In this document: piece by piece, positions 17,643-26,449 of the stretch | Position numbering within the stretch: the first letter of the stretch is position 1 | Layout: each line of letters starts with the position of its first letter | Source of the DNA: Candidatus Zixiibacteriota bacterium | GTDB lineage: Bacteria; Zixibacteria; MSB-5A5; GN15; JAAZOE01 | Assembly: GCA_036480375.1 (NCBI GenBank) | Contig: JAZGGI010000008.1 | Span: forward strand, 3,835-67,834 | Reading direction: 5' to 3' | DNA length: 64,000 bases | Position numbers and translations under genes: made by a program | The notes under the pieces: model-generated | Told to the model about the DNA's origin: nothing | Database searches by the model: none | The model's input: only the letters and a program-made list of their open reading frames with translations

Positions 17643-18304
17643 TTCATTAACTCCTCATAAACTTTGCGTTCTTTAACAAAAATCTTAATCGTTAATTTAT
17701 ACATCCAGGCAAAGACCATCGTGAACGCGATAAGAGCCGGGAAAAACACCGATGTGGTCGTTCCCGACATTGTAATTTTTCCCGATTCGTCAACTATCGA
17801 ATCAGAGGGATGCAAAGACGGCATTACGCGAGGGATGACAAATACCAGAAAAGGAACCGCCAAAAACGCGAAAATGGCATAAACGGCCGCCAGACGCCCC
17901 CGTTTTTCGGGATCATCAACCGCCGAACGCAGGGCGAAATATGCTCCATAAATCAGAAGCAGTATAAAAATAGATGTCTCCCGGGGATCCCAATTCCAAA
18001 ACGACTGCCAGGTTACTTTTGCGAATATTGAACCCGTTATTGTCGCCAGCAAACAGAATAATAAACCCAGACCGGCCGCCGCGCGCGAACGATCGTCGTC
18101 AATTATATTCCCGTTCTTGAGATACCTGATTGACATAATCATTGAAATCAAAAAGGCCAATACGGCCACCCAGGCCTGGGGCACATGAAAGTAAAATATG
18201 CGGCTCGCGGCTCCGATCGATTGCTGAGGCGCAGGAAATACAAAGGCCGCGATTATGACCCATGTCATTAAGGCAAACAATATAATTTTCAACCAACCGG
18301 ACAT
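17639..18304 (-). CDS. ccmC: Heme exporter protein CcmC
   Basis: It is a six-TM protein with the WWD motif variant SFWNWDPRETS. Confidence 0.9.
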   Translation of the reverse strand: MSGWLKIILFALMTWVIIAAFVFPAPQQSIGAASRIFYFHVPQAWVAVLAFLISMIMSIRYLKNGNIIDDDRSRAAAGLGLLFCLLATITGSIFAKVTWQSFWNWDPRETSIFILLLIYGAYFALRSAVDDPEKRGRLAAVYAIFAFLAVPFLVFVIPRVMPSLHPSDSIVDESGKITMSGTTTSVFFPALIAFTMVFAWMYKLTIKIFVKERKVYEELMK

Positions 18305-18386
18305 TATTTATCCTCAATCCATAACTGGCCAATATAAATAAATTTTGAATTAAAACAAACGAATACGCGATAAGTTCCAATTTGTC

Positions 18387-19094
18387 TTAATCGTTCCATA
18401 CAAATTCAAAAAGCATTAAACTGGCCGTAATCATTACCACCGAATAGGCGAAAAGCAATTGAATTTCCGGCGAAGCAGCTGCGAAACCCGCGCCGGGCGA
18501 CAACGCCTTTTTGGTACCTTCAATAGCGCCGATCAATAATGGCAAGAGAATCGGAAATGATAATACGGCAAATAAAGCCCCCTTGACACCAGCTTTGGCG
18601 ATAAGGGCGGCGATCAATGTAGTCGTCCCTACCAAGGCAATTCCGCCCAGAAACAAAATTACCAAAAAGAGCTGGAAATTTTGGACATTGACGTCCGTCA
18701 TGATGATAAACATCGGAGTAATAATTACTTCCAGAATTATTAACAGAAAGAAATTGAAAACCAGTTTTCCCAGATAGACCGCGGTGGAATCGGCCGTTAG
18801 TTTTAATATGGTTGAAGTTTTGGCTTCTTCTTCTCTGATAAATACCTGAGCCAGCCCTGACATCGCCGCAAAGAAAATAATAATCCAAAAAAGCGAGGCA
18901 TATACGGCAGGTTCCAGATTCATTTGTCCCACGGAAAATGAGACAACTGTCAATGTCGTAATGCCGAAAAGCAAAATTGCGTTTAATGCGTAACGGGTTC
19001 TAAACTCGCACCGGATATCCTTACGAAGGATCGCGACCGACTTAGCTATTAAGCTGGTAGAGTTTTTCGGCAATCCCATACTCCTCTTTTTCAT
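18387..19094 (-). CDS. ccmB: Heme exporter permease CcmB
   Basis: It is a polytopic protein of ~230 aa next to ccmA. The start is uncertain (ATG 19094 or ATG 19079), and either overlaps the ccmA 3' end by 38-53 nt. Confidence 0.8.
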   Translation of the reverse strand: MKKRSMGLPKNSTSLIAKSVAILRKDIRCEFRTRYALNAILLFGITTLTVVSFSVGQMNLEPAVYASLFWIIIFFAAMSGLAQVFIREEEAKTSTILKLTADSTAVYLGKLVFNFFLLIILEVIITPMFIIMTDVNVQNFQLFLVILFLGGIALVGTTTLIAALIAKAGVKGALFAVLSFPILLPLLIGAIEGTKKALSPGAGFAAASPEIQLLFAYSVVMITASLMLFEFVWND

Positions 19095-19659
19095 TAGTCG
19101 CGATTATCAATATCCCGTTTTCCTTCTGCCTTTCAATAACTTTTGAAACCAGATTTTTGCCATCGTCATCAAGATTAGAAGTTGGCTCATCAAGCAGCAA
19201 AAAAGCAGGCTTATTTAACAACGCCACGGCGTATTTAAGCCTCTGCTTCATTCCCGATGAATAGGCGCCGTATTTATCTTTGCCTCTCCCTTTTAATCCA
19301 ATCTCTTTAAGAGTTGTTTTTATTTCCTCCGAAGTGATTGATACGCCTCTCATGGTAGCGAAAAACCTGAGATTCTCTTCGGCCGTCAATGGATCATAGA
19401 GCGTCATTTCCGGGCCGACATATGACAGGATTTGACGGGTGGTGGAACGATTTAACCTTCCGCTTGAATCGTAATATATAACTTCTCCTCGGGTTGGAGA
19501 CGCCAGCCCGGCCAGAAGGCGCAACAGGGTCGTTTTCCCTGAACCGTTGCGGCCGGTTATAGCCAGTGACTGGCCGCTTTGAAGCTCGAATGATACGTCT
19601 CTGAGAACCTTCCGAAACCCAAAATTCTTGAATAACTTTTTAACTTCCAACCTGTACAT
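19042..19659 (-). CDS. ccmA: Heme exporter ATP-binding protein CcmA
   Basis: It has Walker A GRNGSGKTT, the signature YSSGMKQRL and Walker B LLLDEP. Confidence 0.85.
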   Translation of the reverse strand: MYRLEVKKLFKNFGFRKVLRDVSFELQSGQSLAITGRNGSGKTTLLRLLAGLASPTRGEVIYYDSSGRLNRSTTRQILSYVGPEMTLYDPLTAEENLRFFATMRGVSITSEEIKTTLKEIGLKGRGKDKYGAYSSGMKQRLKYAVALLNKPAFLLLDEPTSNLDDDGKNLVSKVIERQKENGILIIATNEKEEYGIAEKLYQLNS

Positions 19660-19802
19660 TTTTGCTCATCCAAATAAAATCATTCAAGGATAATCAAATT
19701 TCGCACTCTTAATCAAGGAAAATAATTATTCCTACCCCAGGTCATACCTGCAGTTATCAATTATTTCGACTTGACAAATCGGATTTTTCATCAAAATTAC
19801 GT

Positions 19803-22112
19803 ATGTATAAAAAAACCCGGAGTATCGATTTGAAAACGCGATTAAGCCTTGGAATACTTTATACTTTTGCATTTTGGGTACTAATTTTGAGCGGCGTCGC
19901 TCAATCAGATATCATTCTGGTTCCGGCCCAACGAACGACAATTCAAATAGGAATCAACGCCGCTTCCGAAGGTGACACTGTTTTGGTCGCGCCCGGGATA
20001 TACTCCGGCCCGGGAAATTCCAGATTAGATTTCCTTGGAAAACGAATCCTGGTAACTTCTGAAGGCGGTTCAGAGCTAACAACTATCTTGACGACCGGAG
20101 AATCTCGCTCAGTCACATTTGATAGCGGGGAAGATTCCCTGTCCATATTAGACGGATTTACAGTATCTGGCGGATATGAAATCAACTTCGATTGGTCTCA
20201 GCCGTTTCGAGGTGGGATACTATGTATCGATACCTCTCCCCTAATTCGAAACTGCATCATCCGAGATTGTTATGCTGAAGAAGGCGGAGGGCTGTTTTTA
20301 TCGGGCGGCGCGCCCCGCATCGAGAACTGTCTTATAGAAAATAATAAGGCGTCTCATCGCGGGGGAGCCATAATGGCTTTGTGCGAGCGGTTGACGATAG
20401 TCAATTCCACTATTACTAAAAACCGTGTCAAAACGACTGAACAGGGGCGGCTGGCATCAGGAGGAGGTATAAAAAACCTTGGGAATTTGTTCCTGAAAAA
20501 CTGCAATATATCGGGCAACAGAGTCACACATGATTCCGGCCTCCCTTCTATGGATGATTTCGCGCTGGCTCAGGGGGGCGGAATATATAGTTTATTGGGT
20601 CGTGTCGAAATTGACAGTTGTATTATAGCCCGCAATTCGGCGGGCACAGGAGCAGGGTTAGTATGCGGCCTGGCTGACGCTACAATCTCATTTACCAAAA
20701 TATTTAACAACACATCTTCGGTTTATGCCGGGATAGCATTTATAAGCGGTTTCCAAAATCCGCTTGATGTACGAAATTCCACATTTGCCTGCAATTATTC
20801 CGCCCGTGATCTTTGCGACGGCATAGCGATACTAAGCTCGCCCTCATTTGTAAAGGCTGAGAAAACAACTGAAAAAAATTTCGAATTGGGAAATTATTCC
20901 GCAGGTGGAATCGTAAAGAATAATCTATTCGCCTTCAATTCATCTACTCCTGTTTATAACGACGATGCCGCATACACTCTTGATATTTCATTTAATAATA
21001 TCTGGCATACTGTCTCGGGGCCCGACTACGGAGGAGTCTTTACCGATTTAACCGGCATTGATGGAAACATCTCTTACGATCCAATGTTTTGCTCAGTATC
21101 CGATAGCGGGCTTGATATTGACGCCTATTCCCCTTGCGCCGACGGTGGAGAGTTGGGCGAAGCGATTGGGGCCGGTCAGGTTCTTTGCGATTTGTATGCT
21201 GCGGGTCCGCAAAGAATATCGGTTAAGTTAAATGAGGATACTCCCGCCGGAAATCAGGCTATTTTGGATAATACGCTAAATCAACTCCGCCCCTGGGATT
21301 CGCTTCACATTGCGTCAGATAATTCGACCGTATTAATCGAAAATTTATCAATTGATTTCCCTATATATGTTTTCGGCGGCGGTAAGTACCGAGACAGCTC
21401 GTTTGTTTTATCCAAAGATTTTTCGCTCCAGAACCGCCCGACCGTTACAATCAGCGATTTCGCGATATTGCGAAATGTATGGATTGACGGGTATCACGGT
21501 GACGGATTATTGCTCGGCTATAACGCAATTAACTTCTCAAACTCTCCGACTATAATAGATTCATCATATCTAACCGCGTTTGAATCTGATGCCGCACTGG
21601 CCATATTTGAAGCGTCTCCGCTAATAAGAAATTGCGAAATAACCAACGGCATATCCGCTATCGGTAACGGTGATGTTATCGCGTCTAATAATTTCTGGGA
21701 ATGTCCTGACATAATTTGCATTGATAGCCTTTTGCAATATGATAGTCTGTTTTATACCGGTACGATTTTTGTCGAACCATTCCTGACTCAAAGCCCGACT
21801 TCGGCCGAAGATTTAGTAAATAATAATTTACCACATAAAATAGTCCTCTCACAAAACTATCCCAATCCGTTCAACGCTTCCACTAAAATAGAGTTTACGA
21901 TTCATCGGGCCGGACATGTCGAGTTATTTATATTTGATATTCTCGGCCGCCGCGTCGCGAATATTATATATAAACACCTACCCGCCGGTTCACATCAGGT
22001 AATCTGGAGCGGCAAAAACGATTCCGGCAATGATTCCCCGTCGGGGATATACATTTACCGCCTTAAGTTAAATAACCAAACAGAAATCAAGAAATTGATA
22101 CTATTGAAATAA
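19803..22112 (+). CDS. Secreted right-handed parallel beta-helix (PbH1) repeat protein with a T9SS-type C-terminal sorting domain
   Basis: It has a signal peptide and repeated NCxIxxNxAxxGGGI units (NCIIRDCYAEEGGGLF, NCLIENNKASHRGGAI, NCNISGNRV...). The C-terminus is LSQNYPNPFNASTKIEFTI...GIYIYRL. Confidence 0.75.
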   Translation: MYKKTRSIDLKTRLSLGILYTFAFWVLILSGVAQSDIILVPAQRTTIQIGINAASEGDTVLVAPGIYSGPGNSRLDFLGKRILVTSEGGSELTTILTTGESRSVTFDSGEDSLSILDGFTVSGGYEINFDWSQPFRGGILCIDTSPLIRNCIIRDCYAEEGGGLFLSGGAPRIENCLIENNKASHRGGAIMALCERLTIVNSTITKNRVKTTEQGRLASGGGIKNLGNLFLKNCNISGNRVTHDSGLPSMDDFALAQGGGIYSLLGRVEIDSCIIARNSAGTGAGLVCGLADATISFTKIFNNTSSVYAGIAFISGFQNPLDVRNSTFACNYSARDLCDGIAILSSPSFVKAEKTTEKNFELGNYSAGGIVKNNLFAFNSSTPVYNDDAAYTLDISFNNIWHTVSGPDYGGVFTDLTGIDGNISYDPMFCSVSDSGLDIDAYSPCADGGELGEAIGAGQVLCDLYAAGPQRISVKLNEDTPAGNQAILDNTLNQLRPWDSLHIASDNSTVLIENLSIDFPIYVFGGGKYRDSSFVLSKDFSLQNRPTVTISDFAILRNVWIDGYHGDGLLLGYNAINFSNSPTIIDSSYLTAFESDAALAIFEASPLIRNCEITNGISAIGNGDVIASNNFWECPDIICIDSLLQYDSLFYTGTIFVEPFLTQSPTSAEDLVNNNLPHKIVLSQNYPNPFNASTKIEFTIHRAGHVELFIFDILGRRVANIIYKHLPAGSHQVIWSGKNDSGNDSPSGIYIYRLKLNNQTEIKKLILLK

Positions 22113-22118
22113 AAAAAA

Positions 22119-22148
22119 GCCCCTTCTCGTCAGAGAAAGGGCCTTTTT
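22119..22148. terminator. Bidirectional intrinsic terminator between convergent genes
   Basis: The stem is GCCCCTTCTC/GAGAAAGGGC (9 of 10 pairs). It is flanked by A8 on the left and T5 on the right. Confidence 0.7.
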
Positions 22149-22169
22149 CATATCATTTAACTCAATTCA

Positions 22170-23270
22170 TTAATCATGCGATTTTGCCAGAGGCGGATGT
22201 TCAATCGATGGAACTCCTTCGGGATCGCCGGTAGTCATGTAATTGATCGATGACTGCAACAGGGCTGCCGCATAGCGAGTGTTGTGAATACCGTGCGACT
22301 TATCTTCATGGACGAAAGCCCAGTTGAAAATAGCGCCGACTGAATCTGCATCGGGAACGACCAAATCATCAGTAGGCTCCCAGGCATCATCTTCGGCAAT
22401 GTACTCAAGAAGTCCGGCTGCGATTAAGAGAGTCTCCAGTTCCTCCATCAAGTCGTCGATTTCTGTCTGGACACCCTCGGTGTCGTCGCCGTCGCCATCG
22501 AAGTCAAAATCCGTCACCCGATCGAAATCATCGATTTCCGTATAGGTGGCATGACAGCCATCGACGTTACAAGCGTCAGTGTTCTCATCCTCTTCAGTTT
22601 CCATCCAGAAAGTGTGGCCACCCATTACATAATCGACGCTGTTATCGAAATGGCATGTGACGCAGCCTTCGGCCACGCCGGTGGAATGCCAGGAGTCGTC
22701 GTCGTAATCGTAACCATCGTATTCATAGGCGTTCTCGCCAATCAGCATGTCGGACTGGTTGCTGTGATGCGGCCCGAAGTGGCCGCTCAACTCCACGCTG
22801 TCGACGACGTACGTTTCAATGTCGCGGCGCCCATGGTGGCATGCAACGCAAAGATTCGATCGCCCCCGGTTGTAGGTGGCGCCGTTGCCCAGTGTGACCG
22901 CCGCGGTTGTTCTGAGCGCGAAATCACCGTCGTTGTGAGGATCGTGGCAGGTGAAACAGCCTACGGACGTGAAATGATCGGCGGTTACATCGGCGCCGGT
23001 TACGCTGGCTATAAACCCTTCATTGGTGTGACAGGGTCGGCAGGATCCGCTGCTTCTCATAGCATTGCCAGACGCATGCGCTGAGTTCTCCCACTGCCTA
23101 GTGGCCAGAATAACCTCCGTACCGAGATCGTCGGCGCCGTCATGACAATCGAAGCAATTGTTCGGGCCGTTGTCAGCCACTTCAACGGTGCCAACTATCT
23201 CCCGTTCACAAGAGACAAAGACCATCAACACAAAAATAATGATCGCTGTCAGAATAACATTGTCCTTCAT
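22170..23270 (-). CDS. Multiheme c-type cytochrome lipoprotein (5 CXXCH + 1 CX4CH) with an acidic heme-free C-terminal half
   Basis: The start was moved to ATG 23270 (MKDNVILTAIIIFVLMVFVSC, lipobox FVSC) behind GGAGGG. Motifs are CFDCH, CRPCH, CFTCH, CVACH, CVTCH and CNVDGCH. Confidence 0.8.
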   Translation of the reverse strand: MKDNVILTAIIIFVLMVFVSCEREIVGTVEVADNGPNNCFDCHDGADDLGTEVILATRQWENSAHASGNAMRSSGSCRPCHTNEGFIASVTGADVTADHFTSVGCFTCHDPHNDGDFALRTTAAVTLGNGATYNRGRSNLCVACHHGRRDIETYVVDSVELSGHFGPHHSNQSDMLIGENAYEYDGYDYDDDSWHSTGVAEGCVTCHFDNSVDYVMGGHTFWMETEEDENTDACNVDGCHATYTEIDDFDRVTDFDFDGDGDDTEGVQTEIDDLMEELETLLIAAGLLEYIAEDDAWEPTDDLVVPDADSVGAIFNWAFVHEDKSHGIHNTRYAAALLQSSINYMTTGDPEGVPSIEHPPLAKSHD

Positions 23271-23323
23271 TTTTCCCTCCTTGTGGAGTTTTATTTTTTT
23301 AATTTCATTTTCTTCAACTACCT

Positions 23324-24895
23324 TCAAAACTTGTATGAATATGACACTTCGATAATGTTTGCCGTGTAATATTCGGCATATGGCCTGGACATATCGGCCA
23401 GATTATCAAAATTATCGATGGTATAAGTAATCTCTAATTTGTGGGCGTGGGTCACGGAATAAAGAGTCTTAAAATAAATTCGCGAGCTTTCAATATCTAC
23501 ATCCTGTCGACTACGGACATACCGGCCGCCAGCGCCTAATTGAAATTCATGGCATCGCGGGCTCAAGTAATTTCCAGTTAAAATATTATCGCTGAATTCG
23601 AATAAACCGCCCGAATTATCATATTCGCCTTTTAAATAAGAATATTGATAATCCAGTTCACCAAATCTGGAATTATTCAAATAACCCGTCAGACTCCATT
23701 TCCCATAACTCGATTCGCTCCCAATTTCGTTATTCTCTATTTTTCTATTTTCCCTTATTAAGCGGACATTGCCATATTCCCGCGGTAAGTCATATTTGAG
23801 CGATACGCGGTATCGGGAATAATCCCGGTCGCCGGTTAATGTTTGACCCTCATTGACAGCTTTATTTTCAGAGCCATAATTAGCTCGTGTGGTTAATTGT
23901 GCCGTTATTTTAGCCCATGTTGACAAATAATAACCGTTAGAAGATAACTCGTCCGGGACCATATCATTTCCTTTATGGCGATATCCGAGAGTAATTCCCG
24001 CCCTTCGTGGCCATACTTTGCTGATAAATAATCCTTGAGTTATATTATCCGTCGCGGCCAGATCGCCGGTGCGCCGAGCTCGATCCCAGATAAAATTGTA
24101 CTTCAGACTATATCCGGAACCATAATTATACTTCATCCCGCCCCAGGCTGTATTAGCGGAAAGAGTATCAAATCGCCTCTTCACTTTACTCGTGTAATGC
24201 TGAAAGCCGCCGTTGAGTATAACTTTTTGATAAAACGGCAATCGGATTACTGCGTTGATTCTGGTTCGAGTTGAATTACGATCATTGGCCATATCAATGC
24301 CGTCGTCGAATGAAGTTGACCGATAATCCGCCTGAACATTATAGAACGAATGCGTAAAACGAAGTCCGGAGTTAAAATATTTTTGGCTATAATCGACCTT
24401 ATTCGTTAGAATAGTTGGACCGTCGTTATACAGATTCGTCGCAGAGCCTTTTTTCCCGACCGAACCAATCCCTCCATATAATCGAATCATGCGATGAGGC
24501 TGCAGCCATGCATTACCGCCGAATGTTTCTCTTTCGGTATTAGCTGAGCTGGAAGAATTATAAATCCTTCGATATTGATTATAATTCAGATTAATTCCAT
24601 AGTATCTTGCCCTCGTGACTCCCAATGAGAGATTCCGATTTTTTAGAGTGATATTTTTGAAATTAGCATTCACACAAGTGCCATTATCGAAACGATAATT
24701 ATACTTCTCAAGAGATATCTGGAATCCCTGATACATATTAAAATTGGGTTGATAGACGCTCGGACTTCCTTCTTCAGACAAATCCAAAAATCCGATTTTA
24801 ACCATTCCGGTCTGCCGATCGGCCATCGCAACTCCGGCCGATATCAGGAGAACAGCCGCGACTATCCCGATTATTCTATAATTTTTATTAAACAA
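23324..24895 (-). CDS. Outer-membrane beta-barrel protein, candidate MtrB/PioB-like porin partner of the decaheme cytochrome
   Basis: It has a signal peptide (...ISAGVAMA), an alternating beta-strand pattern rich in Y/G/N/R and the C-terminus VSYSYKF. I prefer TTG 24895, 5-6 nt after AGGAGGGAGGAG and 15 nt after the upstream stop. The ORF-track ATG at 24934 is the alternative. Confidence 0.65.
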   Translation of the reverse strand: MFNKNYRIIGIVAAVLLISAGVAMADRQTGMVKIGFLDLSEEGSPSVYQPNFNMYQGFQISLEKYNYRFDNGTCVNANFKNITLKNRNLSLGVTRARYYGINLNYNQYRRIYNSSSSANTERETFGGNAWLQPHRMIRLYGGIGSVGKKGSATNLYNDGPTILTNKVDYSQKYFNSGLRFTHSFYNVQADYRSTSFDDGIDMANDRNSTRTRINAVIRLPFYQKVILNGGFQHYTSKVKRRFDTLSANTAWGGMKYNYGSGYSLKYNFIWDRARRTGDLAATDNITQGLFISKVWPRRAGITLGYRHKGNDMVPDELSSNGYYLSTWAKITAQLTTRANYGSENKAVNEGQTLTGDRDYSRYRVSLKYDLPREYGNVRLIRENRKIENNEIGSESSYGKWSLTGYLNNSRFGELDYQYSYLKGEYDNSGGLFEFSDNILTGNYLSPRCHEFQLGAGGRYVRSRQDVDIESSRIYFKTLYSVTHAHKLEITYTIDNFDNLADMSRPYAEYYTANIIEVSYSYKF

Positions 24896-24909
24896 GACTC
24901 TCCTCCCTC

Positions 24910-25815
24910 CTAATTTCGCCGGTGGCAATAACATGCTTCAGGGTTTCCTGTTAGTTTAAGCCCCAAGTCCTGGTCGAGTAGAAAACGGTTTCTGAAATCG
25001 AAAGAACCATGAACCTGGCTATGGCAATCAATACATTCAAGCGAGGCATAAGCTCCATCGTGCGCCGTAGCGGAATGCCCGACTCCTTCGCTATGGCATT
25101 GCCGACACAAACCATTACCCGGTTGCGTCAGCAACCTATCATTGGGACTGCCGTGCGGTGAATGGCACGAAATACATCCTGATCCTTCGGTCGAAAAAGT
25201 ACTCGTGGCTTCATGCTCGGCTATGAAGGGTCCACTTTGTTCGGGATGACAGGAAACACAATTTACTCCTGTTCCATGGCCAAAATCCGGTGATGCCTTG
25301 CCGATAAAATCATGACATCCGGTGCAGGTAGCTCCTCCGAATCCGAGAGGATGGTTTGATCTTTGGATAAACTCATTAGCAGTTTGTTTGTGACATTTTT
25401 CACAAATCAAGACATCACTTTGATTAATTGCGTCATTATCACTTGAATGAATCGCATGACAAGAAACACAGGATAAGTCAAGTTCTGCAAAAGATATCAT
25501 TCCCGAAGCGTTTTCATTGAGATGTGGATTATGGCACTCCGTGCAAATTACCCCCATCTTATGTACTCCTGAGGAAGCGAGACACAATATATTGTCTATC
25601 GTTGGATCGTCAACATGCGCATCGCCGTCACCATGACAACTTGTACAGCCGATTGTAGTCGAACCGGCTCGAACCTTTAATTTTAATGCATGGGGACTTT
25701 CGACCAGTGTTTTGTCGTACCCATCATGACAATCCAAACAGGTTTCACTCGTGACTTGACCCAGTCCCGCTTGATATCCCAATAATAGAAATATTAAGAT
25801 TAGCCGTGATTTCAT
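24910..25815 (-). CDS. Periplasmic decaheme c-type cytochrome (MtrA/DmsE/MtoA/PioA-like class)
   Basis: Ten CXXCH motifs occur in ~300 aa: CLDCH, CTSCH, CTECH, CVSCH, CEKCH, CTGCH, CVSCH, CISCH, CRQCH, CIDCH. It has a signal peptide, MKSRLILIFLLLGYQAGLG. The preferred start is ATG 25815, with 25830 possible. Confidence 0.85.
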   Translation of the reverse strand: MKSRLILIFLLLGYQAGLGQVTSETCLDCHDGYDKTLVESPHALKLKVRAGSTTIGCTSCHGDGDAHVDDPTIDNILCLASSGVHKMGVICTECHNPHLNENASGMISFAELDLSCVSCHAIHSSDNDAINQSDVLICEKCHKQTANEFIQRSNHPLGFGGATCTGCHDFIGKASPDFGHGTGVNCVSCHPEQSGPFIAEHEATSTFSTEGSGCISCHSPHGSPNDRLLTQPGNGLCRQCHSEGVGHSATAHDGAYASLECIDCHSQVHGSFDFRNRFLLDQDLGLKLTGNPEACYCHRRN

Positions 25816-25874
25816 ATTTTTTCCACCCATTGGCTATTTTTACAAATAATAAAAATTGTCCTCAAATCTTGAAT

Positions 25875-25904
25875 AACATACCATTTTTGTCGTCATTTTG
25901 TCAA
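25875..25904 (-). promoter_or_regulatory. Candidate promoter of the cytochrome/porin operon
   Basis: The minus strand reads TTGACA, an 18-nt spacer, then TATGTT, about 60 nt upstream of the ATG. Confidence 0.3.
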
Positions 25905-26055
25905 GATAAAATTCACCTTTTTACCGAAAAATATAATATTTTTCGCTCTACAATTAACTTATCTCTATGTGATTTATAGTATTAAATTATTTATTCAAAT
26001 CCGGTATATTTCAAAGAACAATGAAATAATCCAAGAACAGGCCGGCAATTAATAA

Positions 26056-26343
26056 TCAAATCAAAGCGGCTACAGCGGCGGTACGGTCACGCCGAAACCG
26101 TTTCAAAATATCGTCAACCGGACATTCTTCACAGTTGAGATTGACATGAGTTGTAATTATAGACGATAGATTATCATCAAAAAGCGAGGCATGCTTTCCA
26201 GAGTACTGTTTCTTAGCCAAAAGATTAGCCCCCCGAAGTACATCACAGTCCTCACAATTTGGGACTTTGCGCACCTCTGCCAGCATCGCCGCAATTTCCT
26301 TTGCCGCCGGCATTCTCCTGAACGAAAACATTGACACTCCCAT
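26056..26343 (-). CDS. Small hypothetical protein with two CxxC pairs
   Basis: This 95-aa ORF contains CEDC and CEEC 44 residues apart, a possible zinc ribbon. I recognise no family. Confidence 0.35.
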   Translation of the reverse strand: MGVSMFSFRRMPAAKEIAAMLAEVRKVPNCEDCDVLRGANLLAKKQYSGKHASLFDDNLSSIITTHVNLNCEECPVDDILKRFRRDRTAAVAALI

Positions 26344-26449
26344 TCCCTGGATGATACACTCTCCAATTATTAAACGAAAGTTTTTAGAGAACAGGCAACA
26401 ATAAAATTCGTGAACACTTGGTTTTTTAACAGAGGACTAAGTGGGTCTT

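Noticed and set aside
22551-23084. A 177-aa plus-strand ORF opposite the multiheme cytochrome gene. Similar long antisense ORFs are at 12317-12826, 29507-30022, 37407-37778 and 38985-39317.
   Set aside because: All lie inside well-supported genes on the other strand, and I recognise no motifs in them. They are typical GC-rich shadow frames.
24910-24945. The C-terminal CYCH in the decaheme cytochrome as an eleventh heme site.
   Set aside because: CXCH is not an established heme c attachment motif, and it sits 4 residues from the C-terminus. I counted it as non-heme.
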